A stretch of 64,000 nucleotides of DNA from Raillietiella orientalis (lineage: Eukaryota). The stretch is taken from positions 620,001 to 684,000 of the forward strand of contig JAYWIR010000001.1 in the NCBI GenBank assembly GCA_036172245.1. The letters run 5' to 3'. The position numbers and the translations under genes were made by a program. Shown piece by piece: positions 18,055 through 29,957 of the stretch (positions within the stretch are counted from its first letter, which is position 1; each line of letters starts with the position of its first letter). The notes beneath the pieces are model-generated. The model ran no database searches and was not told where the DNA came from. It was given only the letters and a program-made list of their open reading frames with translations.

Positions 18055-18724
18055 CAAGCGCCTGTTGCTGCTGCACTGGAGTCTCCCGTGCAACGTCCGC
18101 CGCCACCACTGGACGCGGGTGTGTGTGGATCCCAACTGTGTCAGGTACGGGGAGCGTGAATCCTACCCCCACCTGCTAGTGGACTGTGGCCTCTCTGGGA
18201 ATGCTTTGCTGCGGCCCTGGGAACCACGGAGGAAACTCGAGGGACGCCATCAAACCCCTCTTCGTTCGCGGCGTCCTTCGGCCAGCAGCCACCCTGGCAG
18301 CTTCATGCTGCCTACGCGGGCTAGTCGCTACTTGGAGCAAAGCAACAGGAGCATCCAGCGATAGGGACGCCATCCACTCCGCCATCCTTTCCATCAGGAT
18401 AGCAACACGATGGCCCCACCTGGAAAATAACACGCAGCATGATCTTGCCGACATCCTACAGAGGATGGACATCAGCAGACAGTGATCCCTCTCCGCACCC
18501 ATCCCACCCCCAAAGTGTATTTATTTTTATTTTTTGCTTCTTTTTTTTTTTCCTTTTTGTTTGTCCCCTTCCCTCTGCTGCCGTGGTAGACCGTGCCGGT
18601 CTGCGAACCGGTGGCCCGTCAGGTCTCCATGAAATTGTGCGTGGTTGGACCAGTGGTCGGACAGTTCGACCACAGTTCTTGTTATATGTTTATTTTTGAA
18701 TAAACGCCCCGGCGCGCCCGGGTG
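18055..18724 (+). mobile_element. 3' end of the Tx1/L1-like LINE: C-terminal CCHC (zf-RVT) region, stop codon and structured 3' UTR
   Basis: Plus-strand LHWSLPCNVRR..CVRYGERESYPHLLVDC, with the second Cys replaced by Tyr. After a frameshift the frame reads ..TRWPHLE..ISRQ* (TGA 18483-18485), followed by a T-rich tract, two hairpins, AATAAA (18699-18704) and a terminal hairpin (18708-18722). Confidence 0.8.
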
Positions 18725-19539
18725 AGACTCTCTTCCAAGCATCGAAAGGTTCTTCGTTCTCCGAAAGCCCCCAAAGCAGGAACGGGCTCCGATCTCAAGG
18801 GAGCTGCATTTCTGTATCCTGTTGCAGATAAACTTGATACACTATTCTACACTTACAAGCAATCCCCATCAAAGAACACGGAGAAATCCAGAACGTAACA
18901 ACGAGGAATGAGGGAAGGGGAGTAGGGATTCCGTTAACTCCGTCAGTACCGACCTTCAAGGCACAGCGCGCGATGGACGACGAATGGAGACCCTCGTGCA
19001 GCAGCACATCACCGAGCACAGAAAAAAAAAAAATGCTGTTCCCCCTCACACAACATTGGATCGTCAATCATCGCCGTTAATGTTGTTTTGCAAAAGGAGC
19101 AAAGTCGTCTGTTTTCCTCTTTGCCGCCGCTGTGCAACGCTCTCCATTTTTCTGCCCCGGACAGCCAGCGGGATCTTGAAGCTGGCAGGGACCTTGAAGG
19201 AAAACAAGCACGTGCACAGAATAGTCAACTAGGATTCTCCCAAATCGGGAAAGCGCGTAGATCGCTGATGCCGGCAAAGGCACAGGCTAATGCCTTCATC
19301 CAGAAAAAAATGATGTGTTTTTTTCTTCGCGTTCAGTCCTTCTGGATTATCCTTTCAAGTCCTGCGAGCAGACTACCTAGCCTACCCCCACAGGTTTTCT
19401 TTACTTTGCTCGATAACCAAAATTCGAAACCGACCACCACGCTGACTTGTCCTGTTGGTGTCCTGCGATGGTCATTCTTCAGGGAGGGATTTGTTCCAAT
19501 GCTTTTGTATCAGTGACTTGAAGCTTTTTCCCACAGAAG

Positions 19540-19755
19540 CTGACCCTCCGGGAAGGACACCGGAGAGTCAGCTTCCCATCCAGGCCAGTCGATCTAGGCT
19601 GGATCCCACCAGCGCCTCACCCGAAGCCCGTGGGCTAACCAGCGCCATCCTACGGGGAGGACCCGAAAGCCATGACGGCCATTCTTCCCCGGGGAGGGAT
19701 TCGAACCCGCGACGCTTGGAGTTGCGCGCGGAGGCCACAACCACACGCGGTCTTT
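19540..19755 (-). mobile_element. tRNA-derived SINE, 5' part (copy A)
   Basis: B box GGTTCGAATCC on the minus strand (19707-19717). Head and body align by eye with the copies at 20870, 48120 and 51515. Confidence 0.7.
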
Positions 19756-20869
19756 AACGCGGGCTGGACTTCGTCCCCTTTGGCCACTGTCGATACTCCT
19801 TGAGAGCAGGTAGTTGAAGAGTGTTTTTATACACATTTGTCGCTGTTGTTGTTATTTTCAAAGAAAAACTACCACGGAAGGAAAAATTCTCATCCGATAG
19901 TATAGTCAATCATTCGCATCCAAAGATCGATAAAATATGTCAAAAAGCATGCAAGAATGTTGCGTGGAGGGACGGGGAGAGGTGGAGGGGAGGGGAGAGA
20001 AAAGGAAACGCCAAAAAAATGCAAAAAAAAAAAAGGACTTTTCTTCATCAGTACTTTCGAAAATTCCGAGTGCTCGCATAAGCACGTGCAGTGTTACCAA
20101 AAAAAGAACAGAGGAAAACAATCTTTCTCTTTTAATTGCCTGTTCTTGTCGTAAGCGTATAATCCGAGATTCTTTCCGACTCAGATGGCGAGGAATTATC
20201 TTGGGGGCTTTCCGCGGTGCCTCCGAAAGCAAAAAGAAGGAAAGAAGAAGAAAAATGAAAAAAGAATGGCAATCGAAAGCTCGCGCGTCAGCAAAAGGCT
20301 GCGAGGGCGCGCGGGATGCAGACCGCAAGCAACGCGGATGTTTACCGCACCACTGCGCGCTGCATAGGATAAGAGGGGAGCTGCTGGCTTTCACCGATCG
20401 CGAGTGGGTGTGGAATTCCCCCGGGACTGGGAAACTTGGCGATTTTAGCAGCGGATGCGCGCATCCCTGAATTTTCTTGTGTTTGCACGCGCTTTTTTAT
20501 TTCTTTTTAAAGAAAAAATAACGGGAAGTAAGGGCGGTGTACGTTCCACATCGATTTCCGTTCCGACCTGTACAGTGCACGATGTTTCGAGGTATTTGAA
20601 ACCGTGGGGATCGAGTTGCTACGCGAACACTTCGTGATCTCCACAACCGAGCTCTCGAGCGGAACCCGTCCCTAACTGCGTAAGGACGTTGTTGGTCCGT
20701 GCGTCTTCGAAGGAGAACGACAATTCCTCTTCCTTGTTCACTAAAAAGAAAAAAAAAAACAAAAAAATGCCACCCCTGGTTTCGGTGCAGCCAAGTCCCA
20801 CAGATTCCACAAACCGGTTCTCCGAAGGTAACTCAGAAGTTCCGTGATGAAGGCAGTCCAAAAGTTCGG

Positions 20870-21376
20870 AAGTTCCGCGCGGCTCCAAGCGTCGCGGGTT
20901 TGAATCCCTCAAAGGTCTATCCCAAGAAATGGGGGTGCGTTGTGGGTTTGGAGGCCCTCCGCAGGACGGCGGTGGCCTCGGTTGGCTTCGGGAGCGGCAC
21001 TGGTGGGAACCGGATGCCCCCGTTGACAGGGCGGGATTGGAAGTCGACTCTCCAGAGTCCTCATCAAGGAGCGCAGGTTCCCTCCGGGCTTCCTCCCTGG
21101 TTGTGAGGGTGGAGCTGGTTGATGCCCCCCTCGGGGAGTCACCTCTCCGGAGTGCCGGAAGAGTGCTGCTCCCTTCGGGGTTCTCTTCGGAGGAGGAAAC
21201 CAGGAGTGGTTCCCTTGTGGGTTCCCTCCGGAGAAGAAAGGAGGAGTGGATTCCTCCGGAGAGAACGAGGAAGAGGTTCCCTCCGGGATTCTCTCCCAAG
21301 TGCAAGAGAGAGACTCCTCACTCCGGATCCCTTCCTGGATTCCTAGGGCGGTCCCTCCGGGGTTGCTCCCCCTAAC
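20870..21376 (+). mobile_element. tRNA-derived SINE, near full length (copy B)
   Basis: CTCCAAGCGTCGCGGGTTTGAATCCCTC head is shared with copy A. Body GGAGCTGGTTGATGCCCCCCTCGG..CTCCCTTCGGGGTTCTCTTCGGA..GGTTCCCTTGTGGGTTCCCTCCGGA and end TGCTCCCCCTAAC are shared with 48120-48704. Confidence 0.75.
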
Positions 21377-21439
21377 ATCCTTCCCAACCACCACGATCCA
21401 CCGAAGTATCCTCCAGTCTCTACAACTCTTCTTTCCCTC

Positions 21440-21870
21440 CCCATCCTTCCAAGAGGAAATCGAACGGACACGCGTCGGAGTTTGCATCCGCGTGCTCTGC
21501 GAGGAACTGAAGTCATTCGCTCCCGGAATATCGAAGACCTTTTCCTGGACTCGTGGCTCGCTTCTGCTCCTGCGGGTGGAGGCGTCGGCAAAGTCGAAAA
21601 ACCTCCGATCCCGTTCCTTTTTCCCCCGAGCATCCAAAGCCTCGTTTACTCCGCAGGATCGGAGGCGCTCCATTACAGGCCACGTCCTTCGGAAGGACGC
21701 ACCGATCCAGGATCCGCCAGCCCGCCTGCACGTCTCCGTGTGCGGAGTCTCCGTCCGCGCCTTCGTCTCGAAGCAATGCGGCGGTCGGGAATCAACCACA
21801 GCTGTTTGCCTCACGGGCTCAGTGCGACCGCACTGGGAAGAACCGAAGCGGTGTCGCTGCATTGAGCGCG
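21440..21870 (+). mobile_element. Possible decayed ORF1 (gag-like) relic of an I/Jockey-group LINE
   Basis: TRGSLLLLRV..STTAVCLT..VRPHWEEPKRC resembles the ORF1 pattern that precedes the CCHC knuckle. Weak, by-eye similarity only. Confidence 0.3.
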
Positions 21871-24306
21871 CCCCCGTGCGTCTCCTGCTGCCTGGATTCC
21901 GTTCGCCACAGTCCCAAATGTCCAGTCGGCGGGATCCTCCTTGTAGGGCGTCCCAAGTGCAGCAAGGGTCGGCGAAGTGGAACTTGCGCGCTAGCAACCA
22001 AGGAGCCACAAGAAGGCGGTTCCTCTCCGCATCGCAGGCGTGTAGCTGCCGGTCCGCCCTTCGTGGAGGGTCACCTGGAATCCAAGAGTCGTGCCTGGTG
22101 GTTGGTGTTTCGCCCAGATGAGCTCAAGAAGATTCCACAAAGGAAGAAGAAGAGGAGGAGGAAGGTAGAGACGAGAACACGCAGGGTTCCTAGGAAGCTG
22201 AAACCCGGACCGGTTTGGATGGAGACGTTCTCCCGAAGGCTACGGAGGCGACACGGCAGGCGTTTTCGATCTGGAGCACGTGAAAGACCGCCTCACCTGG
22301 GGATGCGTGCGGTCCGCTGCCCGTGAAAGTGCCTTAGGGATGACTTCTGGTCTCCTGGCTCCAGAAGAGGACTCGATCTTCACCTCCCCCTGACTGCGTT
22401 CATCTGGAGAGATCATCTAGACCCTGTCCGCATGCGGTGCCACGTTCGTTTCGTTCGCTCGCGGATGACTACCAGGGACGCTGGCCACTGCTTCCCTTCT
22501 CGCGCCTTCCCCGGGTCGAGTTGGGAAATGGAGATGGGCGAACGAGAGGCTCCATGCACACGATAGGGCGTCTGGACCTCTCCCCTGTCCCGCAGTTCCC
22601 ACTCTCCCCTCCAGAATGAGATGATGCGCGTGGAAGAGACGTCCTCGGACTGCTGCCATCGCGACTGGGCACGCCGTGCTACGGCCGGATCCGGTAGCGA
22701 AGAATCGAGCCAGTGGTGCTCCGGGAACGGTCTGAGTAAAGGCGGAACTTCGGCCATCGCCCCCAAACGCGGCGATTGGAGATTCCGACTAGCTGGGGTG
22801 CCGATCCAGAGGCGATGCGGGGTTTCTGGGAACGTCCGAAAGGCAGATCTCCACCTACCGAAGGCAAACTCGACCTTTAATGACAGAGGGAGGGCCCAAG
22901 GTATTCTCTGGTCACCTGACATTTGGAAGGCACGTGGGTAGAAAACTTACTGTTGACCCGCGTGGTGTCTAACACCAGAATGCACGGATTTCCCAGGAAA
23001 GAAGCATTCTGGGCAGGACAGAGTCAATGGAAGGCGGGGGATGGAGACGGTCAGCTAGCTGGTCCACTGTCCTCTTTCCGAGGAATTCGGCCACACCTAC
23101 GATGGAATCACACGAGGAGGAGGAAGCTGCGCCGCCCAACTGGGAGAGGTGTGGCGCTTCTCCCGACGGGGGAACATTCCGGTCCAGGGCTCGCCCAGCA
23201 TTGGTCAGAGCCGCGCTTCCAGCCACCCCCTTTCCAGCGGAGAGTGCATACGGGTTCGTGGACCGCCGCTCTCCTCATGCGGCGGCTACACCCACGCGAG
23301 CCACTCCCTCTGGAAGGAATGTGGTAGACGTCCACGTGCGGGAGTCCCTTCGACACGCCGTCAATCATTCCGCGTTTAGCGATCTAGCCACCGCGCGCCA
23401 CGCGTCAGCTCGAAGAGGATGTCGAGAAGGAGGCACCCGATGTCGGCTGTCCCATCGGGAGCGATTTCTCCGCCTCAGAAGACTCCAGGAAGAGAGTGGA
23501 GAGTGGATGCTGGATGCTGGCTCAGCGCTCCTCCAGTAGAGGAACTCAAAAGAGCCTTTGCTGCAGGAGCTACGGGTACCTGGGATCTAAGAAACGGCGA
23601 GTTGGAAGAACTTCAGAATAGCGAAATCATCGAGGAGGAATTGACTTGCAGCCGAGCCCGAAGTTCCCGTGGGACGAGCTGAAGAAGAGGAGGAGGAGGA
23701 AGAAGAGGATGAAGGAAGGAAGAGGAAGTAAAGAGGACGAGGAGGAATGGGGATAGAAATGGAAGAGGAAAACAGAAGGAGAAAGGGAGGAGTTGGTTCC
23801 TTTTCTACTTCCTTTCCCCCTACTCATCCCTCTCTTTACGCTCCTTCCGGGAGTGGCGGGAGAGCATTTGGAGGAGTGCGGTTCAGCACCCCCCCCCCTT
23901 CCCTCCTTCCCGAGCTCGTCTCCAAGAAGACGGGAGGGATCAATCGTGTTGGAATGAGGAGCAGGACTGGCGAAAGCAGAGGAAAGACCGGAACGTGAGG
24001 AAGGGGAGCAGCGTCCGGGAGGCGAGCAAAGAGGAGGAGGAAACGAGCAAAAACGAACGAGAATTCTGGCCGGGAAAGCAGACAACTCCCCCCCTGCAGG
24101 AGGAGGTCGTCGTCTCGACGCTGTTGCCAGGGAGGCGGCTGCGGCTCCGAGAGAGCCGATGGAGGTCGGGGTCGGTGTGTCTGCCTCCTTCTCGCTGGAA
24201 AGGGGCGAGGGAAGGTGGTCGAGGAGGCGGGGTCGCACCCCCGTCGTGGGCCGCTGCCGCCGCCGTCGCACTTGGCAGCGAGCGAAGCGCGGGAGCTGCA
24301 CCCAGG

Positions 24307-24393
24307 CGTGCGCGCGCGCGCGCACGTTCCATAAATACGCGCGCGTCCCGCGCCAGGAAAGGTCGTTGCCGGGGAGAGTCCCGCCTTAAATAG
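24307..24393 (+). promoter_or_regulatory. Candidate core promoter of the ankyrin/SOCS gene
   Basis: Two TATA-like words, CATAAATA (24330) and TTAAATAG (24386), lie in otherwise very GC-rich DNA 200-250 bp upstream of the ATG. They are preceded by a 20-bp alternating-CG palindrome. Confidence 0.4.
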
Positions 24394-24584
24394 CGGCGCG
24401 CGGGGAAGACGGGAGCCAAGTCGCCCGGAGCGGCGCGGTTTCCACGGCAGCAGCGTCCGGAGTGTCCGCTCGCTCTACCTGCCCCTCTGGACTTCGCTCC
24501 CAGCGCTCGGTCGCGAAGGTTCTGCCTCGGAGAGTGCGCTTCCCGCTGCGTCCCGGAAAGGGAAGTCCCGGAAGAATCGCCGCG

Positions 24585-26581
24585 ATGAGAGAGGAAGGCG
24601 CCGCCGGTAGGAGGTCGCTGCAGCGGCAGCTGGCGGACGAGGTGTGCCGGCTGGCGGCGCTGGACGATCTGCGCATCACGCTGGCTGGGGGCGCCAAGGT
24701 GAACGAGCCGGTGACCCTGGGGCTAAGACCCCTGCATTACGCCTGCTGGCAGAACTACGTGGACGCGGTGCGCTTCCTGCTGGTGCGGGGAAGCGACGTG
24801 GACGCCACGGACGACGTGGGCTACTCGGCACTCCACCTGTCCGCAGAACACGGGCACCTGGAGGTGGTCCGCGTGCTCTTGGAGCATGGGGCCCGGGTGA
24901 ACTTCCGCGGGAAGGTGACGGGAGGCAGTCTGCCACCCCCTCCCGAGGGAGTGGAGGATCCCCTGCACCTAGCCGTCAAGAACGGCCACTACGAAGTGGC
25001 GCGCCTGCTGCTAGAGCACGGGGCCGACCCGAACGCCCGCTACTTCCTGGGGTCGCAAATCAACCTGGTCGGCGCTGCCGACCTGCCCTTCCTGGAGCTT
25101 CTGCTGGCCTTCGGGGCCCACCCGGATGCGCGCGACCGCAACGGGCTGACCCCCCTCATGCGGGCTGCGAGGCTGCCCGACGGTCTCCAGAGCGTCCTGC
25201 TGCTGACGTCCTTCGGCGCCGACGTCAACGCCGTTGCCGGGGAGAGGAGCGACCGGCGCTCGGTGCTGCACTACGCCGTGCTGGGGGGCAACCGAGAGAT
25301 CATGCGCTTCCTGTTGAAGCAGGGAGCCCGGGTGCGCTTCGACGGCTCCTACGAAAGGCCCACCCCGCTGGACCTGGCCGTCCTCAAGGGCGACGCCCCT
25401 CTCATCGCGATGCTCATCGACAGAGGTAGGTAAGCCCCGCGCGGGGGACCCGTCCGTCTCCGGGGGCAACAGGAAGAATTCCCTCAGGGGCCGACGTCAA
25501 CAGGAGCTCACCCGCCATCGGGGCGCCACTGCAGATCGCTTGCACGGACAGCATCCCGAACAGGCTGGAGATCCTGAGACTGCTGCTGGGGGCCGGCGCC
25601 GACCCCAACTTGACCGCTCGCGGGGAGGACGGGTCCGCCCTGCGGCCTGCGCTCGCCGAGTACCTCGCCTCCAACGAGGTCATCGACCCAGAGGTCGTGG
25701 ACCTGCTGCTCCGCCACGGGGCCAAGGTAGGAAGGGTGGCCAAGGTGGCCAAGAGGGAGGGACAGGGAAAAGAGAGGCTCAAGACTTCCCGAGCCGCTCC
25801 ACATCCCTCTCTTGGAGGGAAGGGGTGGAAATACCCTCCGAGAGGGTCATCTAGTCAGGGGTAAGTGTCAAAGCAGGTCGTTCAAGGCTCTTCCCTGTCC
25901 GCTGCTCCGTCCTTGGTTCCTGGGAACCGTCAATGGGACCCGGGGGACGAGAGAGGGCCTGAGAAGGAGGAGGGGGAAGGACTGTCGCCCTTCACCCCTC
26001 CTCTGGGAGAAAGGGTCGCGTCCTGGGATGGCCCCCCACGTCGAAGAGGGGTGCCTTCGTCCATGAACCCCCCGAGGACGGTCATCCGGGAAGGGTGAGT
26101 GTCAGATCAAGTCTCCCGAGACCCTTCCCCGCCCACCGCTTTCTCCCTGGCGTCGGCGTGTCCCCTGGCGGCCGGAACCGCCGGGAAACCCGGCTCGACG
26201 GATTCCGGGGTAGGCGGGGGCGTCTCCAGCCCGCGGTTCGCCTGTCTCACGGCGGTCCCGTTGCAGGTAGTGATGACTTCGTCCTACCGGGACCACCGCG
26301 GAATCTTCCACGCCCTGGGAAAGCTGAAGGACAGTCCCGGGGTCTTCTTATCACTGCTCAACGCTGCAGAGAAGTTCGACGCGGCCCTCATCCGCAGGAA
26401 CAGCGCCATCAGCGAATTCCAGAGGGCAGCGCTGCTGCGGAGGGCCTGTCTGCCCCTCCCGCTGATGCACCAACTGCGCCTCTTCTTCCGCCGCCTGTGG
26501 GCGGCTGAAGCAACCACTCACCTGGAGCACCTCCCGCTGCCGCGCTTCCTCAAGAAGTATCTCGCCTACGAGGTCAGCTGA
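24585..26581 (+). CDS. Ankyrin repeat and SOCS box (ASB-like) protein, ~464 aa
   Basis: Exons 24585-25425, 25488-25726, 26267-26581 join in frame. Many ankyrin repeats (GLRPLHYAC, GYSALHLSAEHGH, DPLHLAVKNGH, GLTPLMRAA, SVLHYAVLGGN, TPLDLAV, GADVN). C-terminal SOCS box PLPLMHQLRLFFRR..LPLPRFLKKYL. Confidence 0.92.
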
Positions 26582-26654
26582 CCTGGTCCTTCCCCCGACC
26601 TCCGGTCCTTTCACCTCAGCCCCCTCCGGCCGCCCCTGCACGGCCCGCGCTGGC

Positions 26655-26660
26655 AATAAA
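26655..26660 (+). terminator. Polyadenylation signal of the ASB-like gene
   Basis: AATAAA 74 nt after the stop codon, in GC-rich context. Confidence 0.7.
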
Positions 26661-29597
26661 AGCACCGACTGGAGGGCAGCCTGCGGGGGAGGAAGGGAGG
26701 GAGAGGAAGGCCTTCCTGCCCTTGCCCCCTGAGACCCTACTGCTGCCACAGGTGGCCTCGCGCCTCCACCGGGGACTCCTGAGGCGGAGAAGTCACTTCG
26801 CTCCGAGTCCTCTGGGAGTCTGGGGTCGAATGTCTTCACCCTACCCCCCAAACTGTGAGCAGCTCTGCTCCTCACCGGGTGGCCGAGCGCAGAGGTCAGA
26901 CGCGCTGGGGGGAGGGGGGAGGGAAGAAGTGGGGTCTACGCCTCATCCCCTTCCATCTGGTCCACACCTTCCCCCGAGGGGTGTGCGTCTTCCTGCCAGG
27001 ACGGAGAGGGGATGGCGGTGCAGTCCTACACTCCCTTCATCCCTGTCCCGGTCCGTAGGGGTCCGCCTTCAACCGCTGCCATTGCGCACGCGCGTGCCTT
27101 GGGGCTCCATGCTCTCCCCCTAGTGGGAGGAGTTGCCCATCGGAGAAAAGGGGGGGAAGATGCCCGAGACTCCCTGGCAACCTTGGCCAGGGCCGAGAGC
27201 GAAGGCCACGTTGGACACCCCGTAGAAAACAATCGCACCCTTGAGCCCTTCCTGGGAACCTTGCCCAGACCCACGTCCCATGTCGGGACCGCACGAGCCT
27301 CACTCCCTTCCCTCCTTCGCTCGAGGATTGGAGGCGTCATTGCCGGATGGGGTCCTGCAGAGAAGAGCCACAGGATGCGAGGGGCGCCATCCCCCGTGGC
27401 GCGCAGGGAAACCGGGCGGTTCTGGGCTCCACCACCTCCTAATGATGCGCGTCCACGAGAGGTGCACTTTCGGGAACGGGCGGTGGGGATTACTCTTGAC
27501 TAACTCCCTCCCCTCAGCTCTTTTTCCCCAGCCGAGAGAGATGCAACAGCTGCTAGGTCCGCCTCTCTCCGCGCTGCGACAGGGCACACTTAAGGAGAGG
27601 AGGAGGAGGAGGAAGGGAGGGGGAAGACGAGAAGGAGGTGAAGGGACGTGATTGAACCACGAAAAGCGGGTGAGTACGCCCGAAGCGCACTGACGGCCCG
27701 GATGGAGAAACCCTTGAGAGGTCACAATCCCGAGTGGACAGGACAGCAAGGACGGCGAAGTCATGCTGGCCGGTGGCTAGCGCCTTCCGTCAGCAAAACA
27801 GAGACGCGAGTGAGGTCTTCCCTTCCATGCCTCAGAGCGCCTCTGACGGACTTCCGGCCGTGTTGGGACTCGGACGGCGCCGTCCTCGCAGGATGCTGTA
27901 AGCGTTTTCGCTCGCCGACGCGACTCACGGGAATCCTGGAAGCTCCCATGGTGGGGACCCTTTCGGACGGAAAAGAAAAATCGGCCCACCAACATCACAC
28001 CCGCGAATCAGCAAGCTGAACCACGAGGCGCCTGCTAAGCGTGTGGTTCCACGGTCTCCGTGGCAGCAGATGGGTGTTTCTCACGCGCACTGGATTTTAG
28101 AAGCCCCTAGATCTCACCAGATGTCTTTCTCCTTCTTGCTAACAAAAAACAGCAATGTCTGCAAAAAGAAGAAAGAAATTCTGTGGAGGATGCTCCTGAT
28201 GTCCCACAGCTTTCAAGGTGTAGCAGACTCTAGTCTGGCTGTCATTGCCAGAGGAGTAGCCAGGTGCGAGTGGCACTTTTCGGCTTGCAAGCAGCCTCTC
28301 TCCAGGTCATGGTACCAGACTGAGGGCCGACCTGCTTCCCGTAACTCGCAGCTCGTGCCCTCGGGCGGTCTTCGTCCCAGCTCTCCTCGGTTTGTTCATT
28401 GGCTTAGCCTTCCCATTCTCCCTGTTCTCCCTCCCAAGGATAACCGATCGATCACCCCTTCTCAGACTGCGTCTCGGGAGTTTCCTTGGCGGACGTGGCA
28501 CTCCTCGCGATCAAGGCGGCTGCTCGCCGAGCCGATGTCCGTCTCTCTGCATTTCCAGTGGCTCAGCCCCGCTGCCGATCTCGTCCGGCAGCTGCTTCGC
28601 TACCCGTGTGCGTGGGAAGGGACCGAGAGGCTGCGTATCTCTATCGGGAGATCCTCTCCATCGTCAGAAGGAGCTTGGTTCGGGGCAGCTGATCTTTCGG
28701 AGAGCTGCGATGGATGGGGGAAGCAGCAGCCCCCTCCCCTTCAGATGAGAGCGCAGATAGATCGCATGATCTGATCCACGCCCTCGACGGGCGCCGCTGC
28801 TTCTGCCGAGGCAATCCGCAGAGAAGGGAAATGATTCCTTCTCGGAAGGAAGAGGAAGGGAAGAGAAGTAGGAGGAAGAGGAAGAGAGAAGGGGAAGAAG
28901 TAGATTCCGAAGAAAGGCGGGCAATGGAAGACCCAGGTGAAGGAAATCGAGTGCGTGCATGAGGAGACGGGGGAGGGGACAATGTCTCTCGCTGAAGGAA
29001 GAGCCAGGAAAAAAAAAACTCCAATTCATTCCATTGCGAGTCCTTGGAACCCGCGCCGTTCCATTCGCTCGAGTTGGAACCGCCAGAGGATGCGGACCAG
29101 AGAGAGCGCGTGATCCGAAGAACGGCGGCCTTCGCCGGAAGAGCATGCAGCCACGGCGGGGTGGATGGAAACTTCGGGCTGCGCGGAGAAGAACGCGGAA
29201 GAGACGTCCAGACGACCTGAAGAGATCGATGGGGGTGGCACCCCACTTGAGCAGAGGCGCCCAGGCGGCTTCCAGCTCGGAAGACGCTGAGTTTGAGCGG
29301 TTCCCGTTCAGGAGGTCCGATCACTTCCACTTGGACTCGCCCATCTTGAGGACAGCCTCCTGAAAACAGCTCCATAGGAACGCCGATGCTTCTCGCGGAG
29401 AAGTCATTGGAACGCCCCCGCAGCGAGCCGACTCGAAGGGGCTCTCGCGTGGCAGGGAGGAACAATTGGGGACGAAAGTATGCGAGACATCCCCTGTATT
29501 GGGTGCGCCCTCTCCGCGAAACACCAAGATACGCCACCAAGCAGTGCTTCCTGCTACTTGGAGAAGATAAATTTCAGGAATAGGAGGAGGAAGGGAA

Positions 29598-29957
29598 GAA
29601 AGGAAGGAGGAAGAAAGGAGTAAACGAGGAAGAAAAGGAGGAGGAAAGAGGAAGAGGAAGAAGGAAAGGAAAAAGTAGGAGGAAAGGAGAAAGGAAGATG
29701 CAGGAACAGCGTCCGGAATAAGGAGATGCCAATCCTTGAACAACTTGCATCCACTAGGCAACTTGAACTTGAAACTCGTAGCGGAGGAATTGTGGGGCGG
29801 CATGTACACCCGTCCACCTCTGCTGCCGTCAGAGGTGACCCCCTAGTGGTGCCCCAAGTGGGAGGTGGAATGAAGCCATCCATTCCATCCCCCGAGCTGT
29901 GAGCAGAGCTGCTCCTCACCGGGTGGCCGAGCGCAGGGGTCAGATGCACCTGGTCGT
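29598..29957. repeat. Direct repeat X, copy 1 (GA-rich tract plus structured unique segment)
   Basis: Near-identical to 33456-33832. A shorter diverged piece lies at ~26853-26905. Confidence 0.92.

Noticed and set aside
27653-28027. 10-bp direct repeat TGAACCACGA flanking ~355 bp, as a possible TSD
   Set aside because: The enclosed sequence has no element hallmarks, and a 10-mer match can arise by chance.
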